NCBI GenBank assembly: GCA_964401135.1
Contig: CAYNXC010000001.1
Span: 122,778-186,777, forward strand
Reading direction: 5' to 3'
Length of the DNA stretch: 64,000 nucleotides
Source of the DNA: an uncultured Candidatus Saccharibacteria bacterium
Lineage (GTDB): Bacteria > Patescibacteriota > Minisyncoccia > Phycocordibacterales > UBA9988
In this document: piece after piece, positions 19,236-28,087 of the stretch
How the letters are laid out: each line of letters opens with the position of its first letter
How positions within the stretch are numbered: the first letter of the stretch is position 1
Translations under genes and position numbers: made by a program
Notes under the pieces: generated by a model
What the model was told of the DNA's origin: nothing
Seen by the model: only the letters and a program-made list of their open reading frames with translations
Database searches by the model: none

Positions 19236-20066
19236 TTGCTAGAATGGCCGCGCATGAAGGAGTACCTCATCTGGTTGGGGAATGGTCTCATCTATCTCTT
19301 TGCACTCACCGGCTTCCTGCTTGTCTTCGCCTTCTTTGGCGTTAAGTATGGGTGGACCAATGTACGAGGCATCAATGATCCATCGTTTGCAACCAGCACC
19401 TCGCGCGCACAAGATCGACAAGTCTTTGTATGGGCACAAGGTGAGGAGTGGAAGGCACTTGAAGAGGCAATCATCAAGGATGTGGATCCTATCAACCGTG
19501 CCGCGGCAGTGAGCGGTGTTCCTGCGCGTTTTATTGTCTCCTGCCTCGTCCCCGAACAGCTCCGCCTCTTTACCAGCGAACGAGAAGTATTTAAGTCATT
19601 CTTTGGCCCGCTCAAGGTACTCGGGAACCAGACCCAGTTCAGCTGGGGAGTAATGGGCTTCAAACCCGAGACTGCCCGCGCGGTAGAAACACATCTCGTC
19701 AATAAAGAATCTCCGTTCTATCCTGGGGCACAATATGAACAGCTCTTAGATTTTAGGACTGATGATCCGGACACCGAGCGCTTTGCGCGCATTGCAAACG
19801 AGAAGGATCACTACTACTCCTACCTCTACGCCGCGCTCTACATTAAGCAAGTACTCGCGCAGTGGGAGCGCTCTGGCTTTGACCTTAGTACCCGCCCCGA
19901 TGTGATTGCGACGCTCTTTAATATTGGGTTTGGTAACTCGGATCCAAATGCGGAGCCGCGTGCAGGTGGCGCTCCAATAGAAATAGGCGAGACTGTGTAT
20001 AGCTTTGGTGGTCTCGCCTACGAGTTCTACTATTCTAATGAGTTGACGGAGTACTTTCCCCGTTAA
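19236..20066 (+). CDS. Hypothetical membrane-anchored protein
   Basis: An N-terminal TM segment and no recognised motif. Confidence 0.3.
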   Translation: MLEWPRMKEYLIWLGNGLIYLFALTGFLLVFAFFGVKYGWTNVRGINDPSFATSTSRAQDRQVFVWAQGEEWKALEEAIIKDVDPINRAAAVSGVPARFIVSCLVPEQLRLFTSEREVFKSFFGPLKVLGNQTQFSWGVMGFKPETARAVETHLVNKESPFYPGAQYEQLLDFRTDDPDTERFARIANEKDHYYSYLYAALYIKQVLAQWERSGFDLSTRPDVIATLFNIGFGNSDPNAEPRAGGAPIEIGETVYSFGGLAYEFYYSNELTEYFPR

Positions 20067-20067
20067 T

Positions 20068-20643
20068 CTACTTCTTCTTTCTTCGTGAAGCCTTCTGCTT
20101 GGCTGCGGGAGCCTTGCTGAAAGGCACTCCAATGGCATCAAAGAGTGCGCGTGCCTCTTCACGATTATGTGCAGTTGTCACCAGCGTAATAGCGAGCCCA
20201 AAGATGTCTCGGAGTTCTTCATCTGCAGTCTCGGGGAAGATGGTGTGCTCTTTAATCCCGATAGTGAGGTTGCCCACCCCGTCCACTCCGCTCGCGGCTA
20301 CACCCTTAAAGTCCTTGGTACGGGGCAGTGACGCGTGGATGAACTTATCTACAAATGCGTACATGCGTGCGCCTCGCAGAGTGACTGCGTAGCCAATCAC
20401 ATCTCCCTCGCGTAGTTTGAAGCTGGCAATAGATTGTTTTGCACGGCGCGGAGAAGCCTTTTGGCCCGTGATGATGGCGAGACGCTTAGCCACATGCTCG
20501 TTACGCGTCTTATCTTTGGCGCGACCAGTGCCTGAAGAGACTACTACTTTAACGAGACGCGGCAAGGAGAAGCGGTTTGTCCGCCCCAATTTCTCACCGA
20601 TACTCGGCAAGGCCTTTTCAATCCGTTCTTTTGTTCCAATCAT
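20068..20643 (-). CDS. rplE: Ribosomal protein uL5. The conserved start is Met 20643; the ORF extends to 20790.
   Basis: MIGTKERIEKALPSIGEKLGRTNRFSLPRLVKVVV... Confidence 0.9.
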   Translation of the reverse strand: MIGTKERIEKALPSIGEKLGRTNRFSLPRLVKVVVSSGTGRAKDKTRNEHVAKRLAIITGQKASPRRAKQSIASFKLREGDVIGYAVTLRGARMYAFVDKFIHASLPRTKDFKGVAASGVDGVGNLTIGIKEHTIFPETADEELRDIFGLAITLVTTAHNREEARALFDAIGVPFSKAPAAKQKASRRKKK

Positions 20644-20653
20644 AGTAGTAGTA

Positions 20654-20965
20654 TTAGATTTCTCGTTCGCAACTGCGGCAGATGCGGATCTTCTTTGTTC
20701 CTTCACCGCGCACACCAAAACGTACTCCCTTACCGCACTTCTCACAGAAAAGTGAGGCGCTGGAACGCGCAATTGGTGCCGGCTTCTCAAGTACTTGTCC
20801 CTTCTGCCCTTCTTTACGACTCTTCTGGCGGCGCTTTTTAATATTCACTCCTTCTACCACCAGACGGTCGGTACTGGTTTGTACTAAGATAACTTTACCC
20901 TTCACACCCTTATCTTTCCCTGAGCGTACAATAACGGTGTCCCCCTTTTTAATCGTAAGTGACAT
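20654..20965 (-). CDS. rplX: Ribosomal protein uL24 with a C-terminal C4 zinc-ribbon extension
   Basis: A KOW domain (KKGDTVIVRSGKDKGVKGKV) and a C-terminal CEKCGKG...CRSC. Confidence 0.85.
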   Translation of the reverse strand: MSLTIKKGDTVIVRSGKDKGVKGKVILVQTSTDRLVVEGVNIKKRRQKSRKEGQKGQVLEKPAPIARSSASLFCEKCGKGVRFGVRGEGTKKIRICRSCEREI

Positions 20966-20970
20966 GATAT

Positions 20971-21342
20971 TTACACAATCTCTGGCGCAAGCGATGCAAT
21001 TTTCTGATAACCGCGTTCGGCGATCTCGCGGGGTATCGGACCAAAGATACGCCCACCCTTGGGATCCTGCTTACCCTTCTCAAGAAGTACCACAGCATTC
21101 TCGTCAAAGCGGATGTAGGTGCCATCCTTGCGGCGGATTGCATCCTTGGTGCGCACAACCACTGCTTGGTGTACTTCCTTTTTCTTTGCGGCCTTGCGTG
21201 GCTCAGCGATTTGTACTGAAAGCACGAGTATGTCGCCCACGCGTGCGTAGCGGCGCTTGGATCCACCGAGTATCTTGAAAACGCGTCCGATCTTGGCACC
21301 GGTGTTATCTGCAATTGTTACGAGTGAGCGTGGCTGTATCAT
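20971..21342 (-). CDS. rplN: Ribosomal protein uL14
   Basis: MIQPRSLVTIADNTGAKIGRV... Confidence 0.95.
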   Translation of the reverse strand: MIQPRSLVTIADNTGAKIGRVFKILGGSKRRYARVGDILVLSVQIAEPRKAAKKKEVHQAVVVRTKDAIRRKDGTYIRFDENAVVLLEKGKQDPKGGRIFGPIPREIAERGYQKIASLAPEIV

Positions 21343-21350
21343 AGTAGTGT

Positions 21351-21596
21351 TTAGGCGTAGATAACCTCAAAATGCTTATCCTTAGATAGTGGTCGACATG
21401 AGCGAATTTCTACCGTATCTCCCTCGTGGAATAGTCCCTTAGGATCATGCGCCTTGTAGCGCTTGCTCCGTGAGATGTACTTACCGTACTTGTGGTGCTT
21501 TACATAGCGCTTCACCAAGACGACGACCGTCTGTGACATTTTGTCAGAGACGACGGTCCCGCGGAGTGTTTTACGAATTGTAGTGGTAGTGGTCAT
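21351..21596 (-). CDS. rpsQ: Ribosomal protein uS17 (start at Met 21596)
   Basis: RKTLRGTVVSDKMSQTVVVLVKRYVKHHKYGKY. Confidence 0.85.
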   Translation of the reverse strand: MTTTTTIRKTLRGTVVSDKMSQTVVVLVKRYVKHHKYGKYISRSKRYKAHDPKGLFHEGDTVEIRSCRPLSKDKHFEVIYA

Positions 21597-21600
21597 AGTA

Positions 21601-21795
21601 TTACTGCGTCTTAGCCACACGAGAGAGCTCGGTGAGTATCCGCGCAAGGTCACGACGGTGGATCCTAATGTCCTTGGTATTTTTACCACGACTCCCGGCA
21701 ATGTCAAAGCGCAGCGTCCGGAGCTCCTCGCGACGCTTAGCCACGAGCTCCGTGAGCTCGCTCGCCTTCTTCCCCTTGTGTGTCTCTTTCTTCAT
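21601..21795 (-). CDS. rpmC: Ribosomal protein uL29
   Basis: 64 aa, ASELTELVAKRREELRTLRFDIA. Confidence 0.85.
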   Translation of the reverse strand: MKKETHKGKKASELTELVAKRREELRTLRFDIAGSRGKNTKDIRIHRRDLARILTELSRVAKTQ

Positions 21796-21825
21796 ACTTG
21801 TTCCTTGATCCTTGGTACTTATTAT

Positions 21826-22245
21826 TTACTCCGTTCGACTAACAATGATGGTCTTAACGGGTAACTTTGCCCCTGCCTTACGAAGTGCATCCTTTGACTC
21901 GCTTGCAGTAAGTCCATCAATCTCAAATAGCACCCGTCCAGGGCGCACAGTAAAGACATAACCCTGTGGGTCTCCCTTCCCCTTACCCATACCCACTTCC
22001 GCCGCCTTGGCGGTGTAGGGTCGGTCGGGGAAGATGCGGATCCATATCTTACCCGTCTTCTTAGTCAGACGCGTCATAGTCTTGCGAGCGCTCTCTATCT
22101 GGTTACTCTTGATGCGCGCCGTACCCAGTGACTTAAGTCCGTGCGATCCAAACGAGAGTTTGGTACCACGCGTCTCAACACGCGCCTTGTGCGGGTTAAC
22201 ACGGTCAGTCTGCCACTTTCTAAATTTTACTTTTTTGGGAAACAT
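21826..22245 (-). CDS. rplP: Ribosomal protein uL16
   Basis: MFPKKVKFRKWQTDRVNPHKARVETRGTKLSFG. Confidence 0.95.
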   Translation of the reverse strand: MFPKKVKFRKWQTDRVNPHKARVETRGTKLSFGSHGLKSLGTARIKSNQIESARKTMTRLTKKTGKIWIRIFPDRPYTAKAAEVGMGKGKGDPQGYVFTVRPGRVLFEIDGLTASESKDALRKAGAKLPVKTIIVSRTE

Positions 22246-22254
22246 ACTTCTGTT

Positions 22255-22911
22255 CTATGATTCAAATACCTCACCACGGTAGATCCAGACCTTGATACCA
22301 ATCACGCCGTACGAGAGGTAGGCCTTCTCGCGAGCGAAATCAATATCCGCACGGAGCGTAGAGAGAGGTACCTGCCCTGCTTTGAATGCTTCACGGCGAC
22401 CCATATCTGCTCCACCCAAGCGACCAGAGAGGGCAATCTTGACCCCCTCCACTCCCTTAGTTGCCGTCGCCTTCTCCATTGCCTGCTTGGCAACACGGCG
22501 GAAGGGTAGACGCTTCTCCAATCCTTCGGCTACCATGTAGGCGAGAATAGCGGCATGCGCCTCGGGAGTCTTGATCTCATCGATGTCTAATTTAAAATCA
22601 CGAGGGATGCTGGCTCCTGCCTTACGCAGTACTGCTTGGATGTCGCTCTTGAGCTTGGCAGCACCCTCACCACTTCTACCTATCACCATACCTGGCCGGG
22701 ATGTTTTGATAGTAATGCGGAAAGAGTCCGCACCGCGCTCTATATCTACACCGTCTACATAGAGACCGCGTAGGCGCTTGGTGAGGTACTCGCGCAGAAG
22801 TACATCTGCTTTAAGGAACTCTTGATATTTACCGCGCGTACCAAACCAGCGTGACTGCCAGTCGCGGATGATGCCGAGTCTATGGGCGTATGGGTGAACA
22901 CTATGCGTCAT
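22255..22911 (-). CDS. rpsC: Ribosomal protein uS3
   Basis: GHKVHPYAHRLGIIRDWQSRWF with KH and S3-C domains. Confidence 0.95.
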   Translation of the reverse strand: MTHSVHPYAHRLGIIRDWQSRWFGTRGKYQEFLKADVLLREYLTKRLRGLYVDGVDIERGADSFRITIKTSRPGMVIGRSGEGAAKLKSDIQAVLRKAGASIPRDFKLDIDEIKTPEAHAAILAYMVAEGLEKRLPFRRVAKQAMEKATATKGVEGVKIALSGRLGGADMGRREAFKAGQVPLSTLRADIDFAREKAYLSYGVIGIKVWIYRGEVFES

Positions 22912-23239
22912 GGTGAGAATCTAGAACCACGCGGACATGGCTGGTGTGCTTATGGAGTGGGTATCCGCGACCACGCGCGCCGGGGCGCATACGCTTTAGG
23001 ACCACTCCCTTATCGACGGTAATCTCTTTAATATACAAATCCTCCTTCTTATTGCTTAAATCAGTTGACAGAGCATTGGCAAGCGCACTCTCGATGAGCT
23101 TTTTTACCGGCGCGGCGGCGCGCTTAGGGAGGTGTGTTAAAGTCGTGATGGCATCCCCTATTTTTTTACCACGCACCAAATCCGCGAGGAGTCGCACCTT
23201 GCGCGGAGACTGGCGGTAGTTTGAGAGAGTTGCTTTCAT
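22901..23239 (-). CDS. rplV: Ribosomal protein uL22
   Basis: ATLSNYRQSPRKVRLLADLVRGKKIGDA. Confidence 0.9.
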   Translation of the reverse strand: MKATLSNYRQSPRKVRLLADLVRGKKIGDAITTLTHLPKRAAAPVKKLIESALANALSTDLSNKKEDLYIKEITVDKGVVLKRMRPGARGRGYPLHKHTSHVRVVLDSHHDA

Positions 23240-23242
23240 AGA

Positions 23243-23584
23243 TTATTTTTTGGTATCCGTTACTGTTTTAGCAGCTTTGGCGGCTGCAATTTCGGCCTCT
23301 CTCTTCTTCTCTTCTAACTCTTTTTGCATCTTACCTCCGTGGCGCATAAACTTACGGGTAGGAGAGAACTCGCCGAGGCGATGGCCAACCATATCTTCTG
23401 TCACCAAGACCTCAATGTGACTGCGACCGTTGTGAACGCCAAAAGTAAAGCCCACCATCTCTGGGGCAATCTGGCTTGCGCGGGACCATGTCCGGACCAC
23501 AGCAGAATCCGCGGGGCGTTTGCCTTCTATCTTTTTTAGTAATTTGGGGTCAATGTACGGACCTTTTTTAAGTGATCGCGCCAT
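23243..23584 (-). CDS. rpsS: Ribosomal protein uS19 with a Lys/Glu-rich C-terminal extension
   Basis: [19 protein letters not shown]...[12 protein letters not shown]. Confidence 0.9.
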   Translation of the reverse strand: MARSLKKGPYIDPKLLKKIEGKRPADSAVVRTWSRASQIAPEMVGFTFGVHNGRSHIEVLVTEDMVGHRLGEFSPTRKFMRHGGKMQKELEEKKREAEIAAAKAAKTVTDTKK

Positions 23585-23616
23585 AAAAAAACGATAGCTC
23601 CTACGAGCCAGATTCC

Positions 23617-23645
23617 ATACTACAAAAACACTAGAACCCTGTCAA
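23617..23645 (-). promoter_or_regulatory. Sigma70-like promoter for the rpsS...rplE fragment
   Basis: On the minus strand, TTGACA, a 17-nt spacer, then TAGTAT, located about 30 nt upstream of the rpsS start. Confidence 0.5.
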
Positions 23646-23704
23646 CTAGGGCGTTTTAGGCCTCCTATCAATAAAAAGCCTATCTCTATGGTATATTTAG
23701 TGTA

Positions 23705-24577
23705 ATGCTGCTGAAAATTGACCTCAAAAAAAGCCCTGAGGAAGATATCGCCTTAATACACAGGTATTTTTTTGAGACAAAGACGGACCATTTTAAAAAA
23801 AGGATTCTACGATTCTACAAAACACTAGAAGACAAATTATCTACTGAGACTGAGGAAAATCACGCTCAAGTTATTGATAGTTTTTTTAAAGATATCTATA
23901 GAAATAAGGCGGAAGAAATAGAGACAATAGTGGATCAGAGCGAGAAAATCATTGATGAAGAATCAACACAGTGCTTGGGAGAACTGGCTAAATTGATGGA
24001 TTATGATACTGAGAAGGAAGAAATATTTATCGCAATACCAACATTATTACCCTTTTCCCCTTTTAATCGACCTATTTTTTATTTTTCTATTGTCTCTAGT
24101 CTATTTAAAGATGGAAAAAACAGCATATTAGATACTGCGATTCACGAGATATCCCACTTTCTCCTCTTTGACATCTTGGACGAATTGGAAATCAATCTGA
24201 ACGATACTCAGGAAAATAAAGACTTCCTCCATCTGTTTAAAGAAGCACTGACTGGGATGTTACTGTCAGAGAAAGAAATGAGTGAATGTCTTGGCATGAA
24301 AGAATACTTTGGAAATCCAGAGGTCCATAATTTAAACATCAAACTCGAAGACGGGAAGCAACTGGTATTTCGTGAATATCTACGTTCAATACTCCATCAG
24401 TACCGGCAACAAGATCTCTCCTTTCAACAATTTATTGCAGATACAATAGAGATACTCCGGCCAAAAGCAGAAGAATTCAGTAAGAAAAAAATATTTTGGA
24501 ATAAAAATGAGCAAAAAATATTAAATAGGGATGAAGAATTATCAAAAGAATACGGGCAACCTATTTTAATTCAGTAA
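23705..24577 (+). CDS. HExxH-motif protein, paralog 1 (putative metallopeptidase-like, function unknown)
   Basis: AIHEISHFLLF, then a shared FLHLFKEAL...LL region. Paralogous to 27993..29084 and 30518..31201. Confidence 0.5.
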   Translation: MLLKIDLKKSPEEDIALIHRYFFETKTDHFKKRILRFYKTLEDKLSTETEENHAQVIDSFFKDIYRNKAEEIETIVDQSEKIIDEESTQCLGELAKLMDYDTEKEEIFIAIPTLLPFSPFNRPIFYFSIVSSLFKDGKNSILDTAIHEISHFLLFDILDELEINLNDTQENKDFLHLFKEALTGMLLSEKEMSECLGMKEYFGNPEVHNLNIKLEDGKQLVFREYLRSILHQYRQQDLSFQQFIADTIEILRPKAEEFSKKKIFWNKNEQKILNRDEELSKEYGQPILIQ

Positions 24578-24756
24578 TCATAAAATAAAAAAGTGGATAC
24601 AATACTAGAGATTGTATCCACTTAATAGATTCAGGCAATGCTTTGACAGCTATGGTCACAGCTGTCGCAAGAGTGATCGGAGTCAGTATTGCAGTCTGTA
24701 TCACAGTCGGAACCGCAATCACCACATTGATTTGATGAACATTTCTAATAACATCG

Positions 24757-25002
24757 TTAACTAAGCAACGTTATCTCACTATCCTCAACCTTCCTCATCT
24801 CAAGTATCTCTTCTTTATTGAGGTCTAAGAAATCAATCACTTCATCATTTTTTGCGTTAAATCCTATCCTACATATAGAATCTTTCTCCCACATAAACAC
24901 GCCAACACACTTGTATTGATTGCCATCACTGCCCTGTATGAGTAATTCAACAACCGTGTTGTTTTCTGTATCGTTTCGATCATTGGGGATTATAGTAGTC
25001 AT
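24757..25002 (-). CDS. Hypothetical protein (81 aa), last gene of a small three-gene operon
   Basis: Overlaps the upstream ORF by 4 nt. No recognisable motif. Confidence 0.35.
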   Translation of the reverse strand: MTTIIPNDRNDTENNTVVELLIQGSDGNQYKCVGVFMWEKDSICRIGFNAKNDEVIDFLDLNKEEILEMRKVEDSEITLLS

Positions 25003-25571
25003 ACAATAGTGTGTATATCAGTGATAAACGCTTTGGGTATAATATAGTAGGTAGGCTTTCCATCAGGATGGTTTACCGCCGGAGCAGGATATGTTCGGAT
25101 AGTTTCTGGGTCTCTTAACACGATGTGATCATCGCACACGCTGTGAAGAATTCCTTCGGAATACATTGTGGAGCAATCTCCCCTCTCCGCATTGCCCACA
25201 TACACAACATCTCGCCAAGTAACTGCTACGCGTGACGATTCTTTTAGATTACTGGGGATGGTAATTTTGAAGTCTTTGCTTACAGAGAGTAGCGCGGAAT
25301 CAGGAATGACCAGTCCTTTTACAATAAAGCTGTCATCAGTCCCATCCTGTCTTCCTGATGCAGATACATTTTTTATAAAAGTAATAATGATGTTATCCCC
25401 ATTCTTTTTCACATACCCAAACGCCTCGTGTGGGGATAATTTGGTTTCGCCAACTTTCTCTTCAAAAAGGTAGTAGGCATCAATGTATTTGATTTTACAG
25501 ATTTCCTCCATAGGTTCATTATATAAAGAAAGCGGATAGGTTGGTACAAACCCTATCCGCTCGATGATCAT
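24999..25571 (-). CDS. Hypothetical protein (190 aa)
   Basis: ORF only. Sits 8 nt downstream of a small Ser/Asp-rich ORF. Confidence 0.4.
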   Translation of the reverse strand: MIIERIGFVPTYPLSLYNEPMEEICKIKYIDAYYLFEEKVGETKLSPHEAFGYVKKNGDNIIITFIKNVSASGRQDGTDDSFIVKGLVIPDSALLSVSKDFKITIPSNLKESSRVAVTWRDVVYVGNAERGDCSTMYSEGILHSVCDDHIVLRDPETIRTYPAPAVNHPDGKPTYYIIPKAFITDIHTIV

Positions 25572-25578
25572 GGTACTA

Positions 25579-25785
25579 TCAGCCGAAGATGGATTTCCAG
25601 AATCCAGTTGCTGCTTTGCCGGAGTCGTCGTCCCGAGGGAATGGTGTACTGTTCAGTGAAGAATTCCCCCTCTCAAACAATCCAGCATCGGTCGCATCAT
25701 CCCGAGCACTGTGCTCAGCAGAAGAGACTTTACCCAGAGAATCTCCGCTATGTGCAGAGGTATCTCCGTCTGTCCATTTACCCAT
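25579..25785 (-). CDS. Small Ser/Asp/Gly-rich protein (about 68 aa, from the ATG at 25785)
   Basis: AAAGGAAG sits 8 nt upstream of the ATG. The product MGKWTDGDTSAHSGDSLGK... leads the operon immediately after the HK stop. Confidence 0.35.
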   Translation of the reverse strand: MGKWTDGDTSAHSGDSLGKVSSAEHSARDDATDAGLFERGNSSLNSTPFPRDDDSGKAATGFWKSIFG

Positions 25786-25883
25786 AACGCCCACTTCCTT
25801 TCTACAAAGTTCAAGGCTCTGTACTCAGAAAATCTGAGTAGAAGTTACTAAACATAGTTTACACTAATCTACTATTTTGTCAA

Positions 25884-27551
25884 TTACCCCTTCTTCGCAG
25901 GGAGCTCCACAATAAAGGTGGAACCGGTACCGGCACCAGTACTCTCGGCCCAGATCTTGCCTTTGTGTGCCTCCACCATCTGCTTGGCCACATATAAGCC
26001 CAGACCGGTACCAGAGTAGTTGACCTTGCCGGCGTCATCGGCGCGGACAAACTTCTCAAAGAGCTTGTGCATCACCTCCGGCGTGAGTCCCACGCCGCTA
26101 TCCTTAATCGCAATGCGCACCTTAGCCTCGCCGTCGCTCACCTTTACTTCAATGGAGCCCGTGGGCGTGTACTTAATGGCGTTGTCGACAAGGTTAGAGA
26201 TCACCTGACTCAATTTACCCGGATCGGCGGTAATCTCATATTCCCCTTCCTCGGCAATAAAGTTGAGCGTGAGCCCCTTCTGTTCGGCGGAAACCTTCAT
26301 TGTAGAGACAACCTTCTCGACGAGATCCCTCACATTCAAGTTGGAAAACTCGTACTTCATCCGTCCCAGCTCAATGCGAGTGACATTCAAAAAATCTTCG
26401 ATCACCACCACGAGCCGCTGACTGGAGTCAAAAATATTTTGGAGCGGCTGGTGCATCTTCTCCCCCACCTCGCCGTAGGAGCCCTCCAGTAACATTGAGG
26501 TGTAGCCCTTGATGGCGGTTAAGGGGCTGCGCAATTGGTGCGAGGCAATGGAAACGAATTCCGTCTTTTGCCGATCCAATTCCTTGAGCTTGAGGTTTGC
26601 TGCAAAGAGACTGTCGTTCGCTTTTGCCAAGTCTCCAGCGAGTCGCTCAATGCGCTCGCGTTGCGCCACCTCCCCCTTTACGCTCCTAACCAGGATGTAG
26701 CCAAAACCGATGGCGATGATGAGGGTAATACCCGTGAGCACAATGTTGACCGGATTTCTCACAAAGAAGAACTCGGACGCAATGAGGATGACCAAGCCCA
26801 CCACCAAGGCCTGTGTGGCGAGGAGCTTAATGTTAAAGGCTTTGAACTGCACAATGAGGTACGCCAAGAAGCCCATAAAGACAAGCATCCCAAAGAGGCC
26901 GTACTGCTCCAATTCAAAGTTATCGATCGCGCTCGCCAAGTAGCCGGTAACGAAAAAGGAGAGGAGGAAGAGGAGCATCCCCACACCGAGCGGCACAATC
27001 TGCTTGCGTAGTGCTGGCTTGACCTTACGGTACCGCACAACAATGACCCTAAATGTCCAGAGCATGAAGATGAGCCCAAGGAGATAGTAGTAGCTCGTGA
27101 AGTAGTGCCCTTCGTGTACTTCACAGTTAGGGAGATCAAAATATTGGAGGTTCCATCTTGATGAGGCAAAGAGGATGACGGGGAGTAAAAGGATGGAGAT
27201 AATGAGCTTTGTATTAAACGAAATATCTTTTTTATCTATATACACATAGACGAAGTACAAACAGAGAGCATACAACAGTGAATACAACACTCCAAACGCC
27301 GGCCAGATAAACTGGATCAGACTAACATTATTATTAGTCCAAGCAATTAGGCTAAGAAAAGACCATAAAGAAAAGACTATTGAGATAGACACTAAAATAG
27401 TTCCGACTAAATTACGCGCACGCACAAAAACAAAAATCCCGATCAATAGTGAGACTATGACTGCGGGAATATGCGAATAATAGAGAAGCCCAGGAACAGA
27501 ATCTGAGAAGAATAAAAACTGCGGATTTGGAATATCGCTACAGAAGATCAT
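25884..27551 (-). CDS. Sensor histidine kinase with a large (about 7-8 TM) N-terminal membrane domain
   Basis: HisKA (IASHQLRSPLTAIKGYTSML) and HATPase_c (GTGLGLYVAKQMVEAHKGKIWAES). No response regulator is adjacent. Confidence 0.85.
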   Translation of the reverse strand: MIFCSDIPNPQFLFFSDSVPGLLYYSHIPAVIVSLLIGIFVFVRARNLVGTILVSISIVFSLWSFLSLIAWTNNNVSLIQFIWPAFGVLYSLLYALCLYFVYVYIDKKDISFNTKLIISILLLPVILFASSRWNLQYFDLPNCEVHEGHYFTSYYYLLGLIFMLWTFRVIVVRYRKVKPALRKQIVPLGVGMLLFLLSFFVTGYLASAIDNFELEQYGLFGMLVFMGFLAYLIVQFKAFNIKLLATQALVVGLVILIASEFFFVRNPVNIVLTGITLIIAIGFGYILVRSVKGEVAQRERIERLAGDLAKANDSLFAANLKLKELDRQKTEFVSIASHQLRSPLTAIKGYTSMLLEGSYGEVGEKMHQPLQNIFDSSQRLVVVIEDFLNVTRIELGRMKYEFSNLNVRDLVEKVVSTMKVSAEQKGLTLNFIAEEGEYEITADPGKLSQVISNLVDNAIKYTPTGSIEVKVSDGEAKVRIAIKDSGVGLTPEVMHKLFEKFVRADDAGKVNYSGTGLGLYVAKQMVEAHKGKIWAESTGAGTGSTFIVELPAKKG

Positions 27552-28069
27552 ATATTGTTAATTTTATCTGCAATGTATTGTTGAAAATATCCCTTATATT
27601 TTAACTGGAGCTCAGGAATTTTCCAATCTTCTCCTGTGATTTTAGAACGACAAGAGCTACTGCCACACTGACAATTCATCACATAAAATTGATCTCCTGA
27701 ATGAGCAACGGCCATTGCGTAATCAAAACAAATTTCTTCTTCTTCTTTTATTTTTTTGATTGCAATAAGGCGTATCTGTCCTAAAAATCCAGCATTTGGT
27801 TCACAAGAATGATTGAAGTAATCGGCTAATTCAGATTCACCACAAGAGGATAAGACAAAGTTGTCATCAATCTGAACTCCTGAATCTTTATGCTCCTGAG
27901 GCAGGATTGCTTCCTCCTCCAAGCTTAAGATATAGCCACCAAATAGAGCCAGTGTCTCATTCTTTTTTATATCTGCCTTTGCAAACACCCCTTTGCCATA
28001 CTCACCAGTCTCCTGCACCTCCAACTTTGGGCTCATCCACGAGAAGGGTCTCTGTTGTGCCGATGTCAT
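27548..28069 (-). CDS. SET-domain protein (putative protein-lysine methyltransferase)
   Basis: GKGVFA, NHSCEPN, EEICFDY and a post-SET CQCGSSSC. Its stop and the HK start overlap by 4 nt. Confidence 0.85.
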   Translation of the reverse strand: MTSAQQRPFSWMSPKLEVQETGEYGKGVFAKADIKKNETLALFGGYILSLEEEAILPQEHKDSGVQIDDNFVLSSCGESELADYFNHSCEPNAGFLGQIRLIAIKKIKEEEEICFDYAMAVAHSGDQFYVMNCQCGSSSCRSKITGEDWKIPELQLKYKGYFQQYIADKINNI

Positions 28070-28087
28070 ATCTCTCTATTGTAGCAC
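27979..28087. repeat. Copy A of a roughly 110-bp element repeated three times, covering the SET start codon and first 30 codons
   Basis: Near-identical to 32497..32605 and partly to 30433..30519. The conserved core is GTGCTACAATAGAGAGATATGACATCGGCACAACAGAGACCCTTCTCGTGGATGAG on the minus strand. Confidence 0.8.

Noticed and set aside
25589-25837. Plus-strand 82-aa ORF opposite the small Ser/Asp-rich gene
   Set aside because: It has no RBS and sits across the HK stop and the promoter region. The minus-strand ORF has a good SD and operon context.
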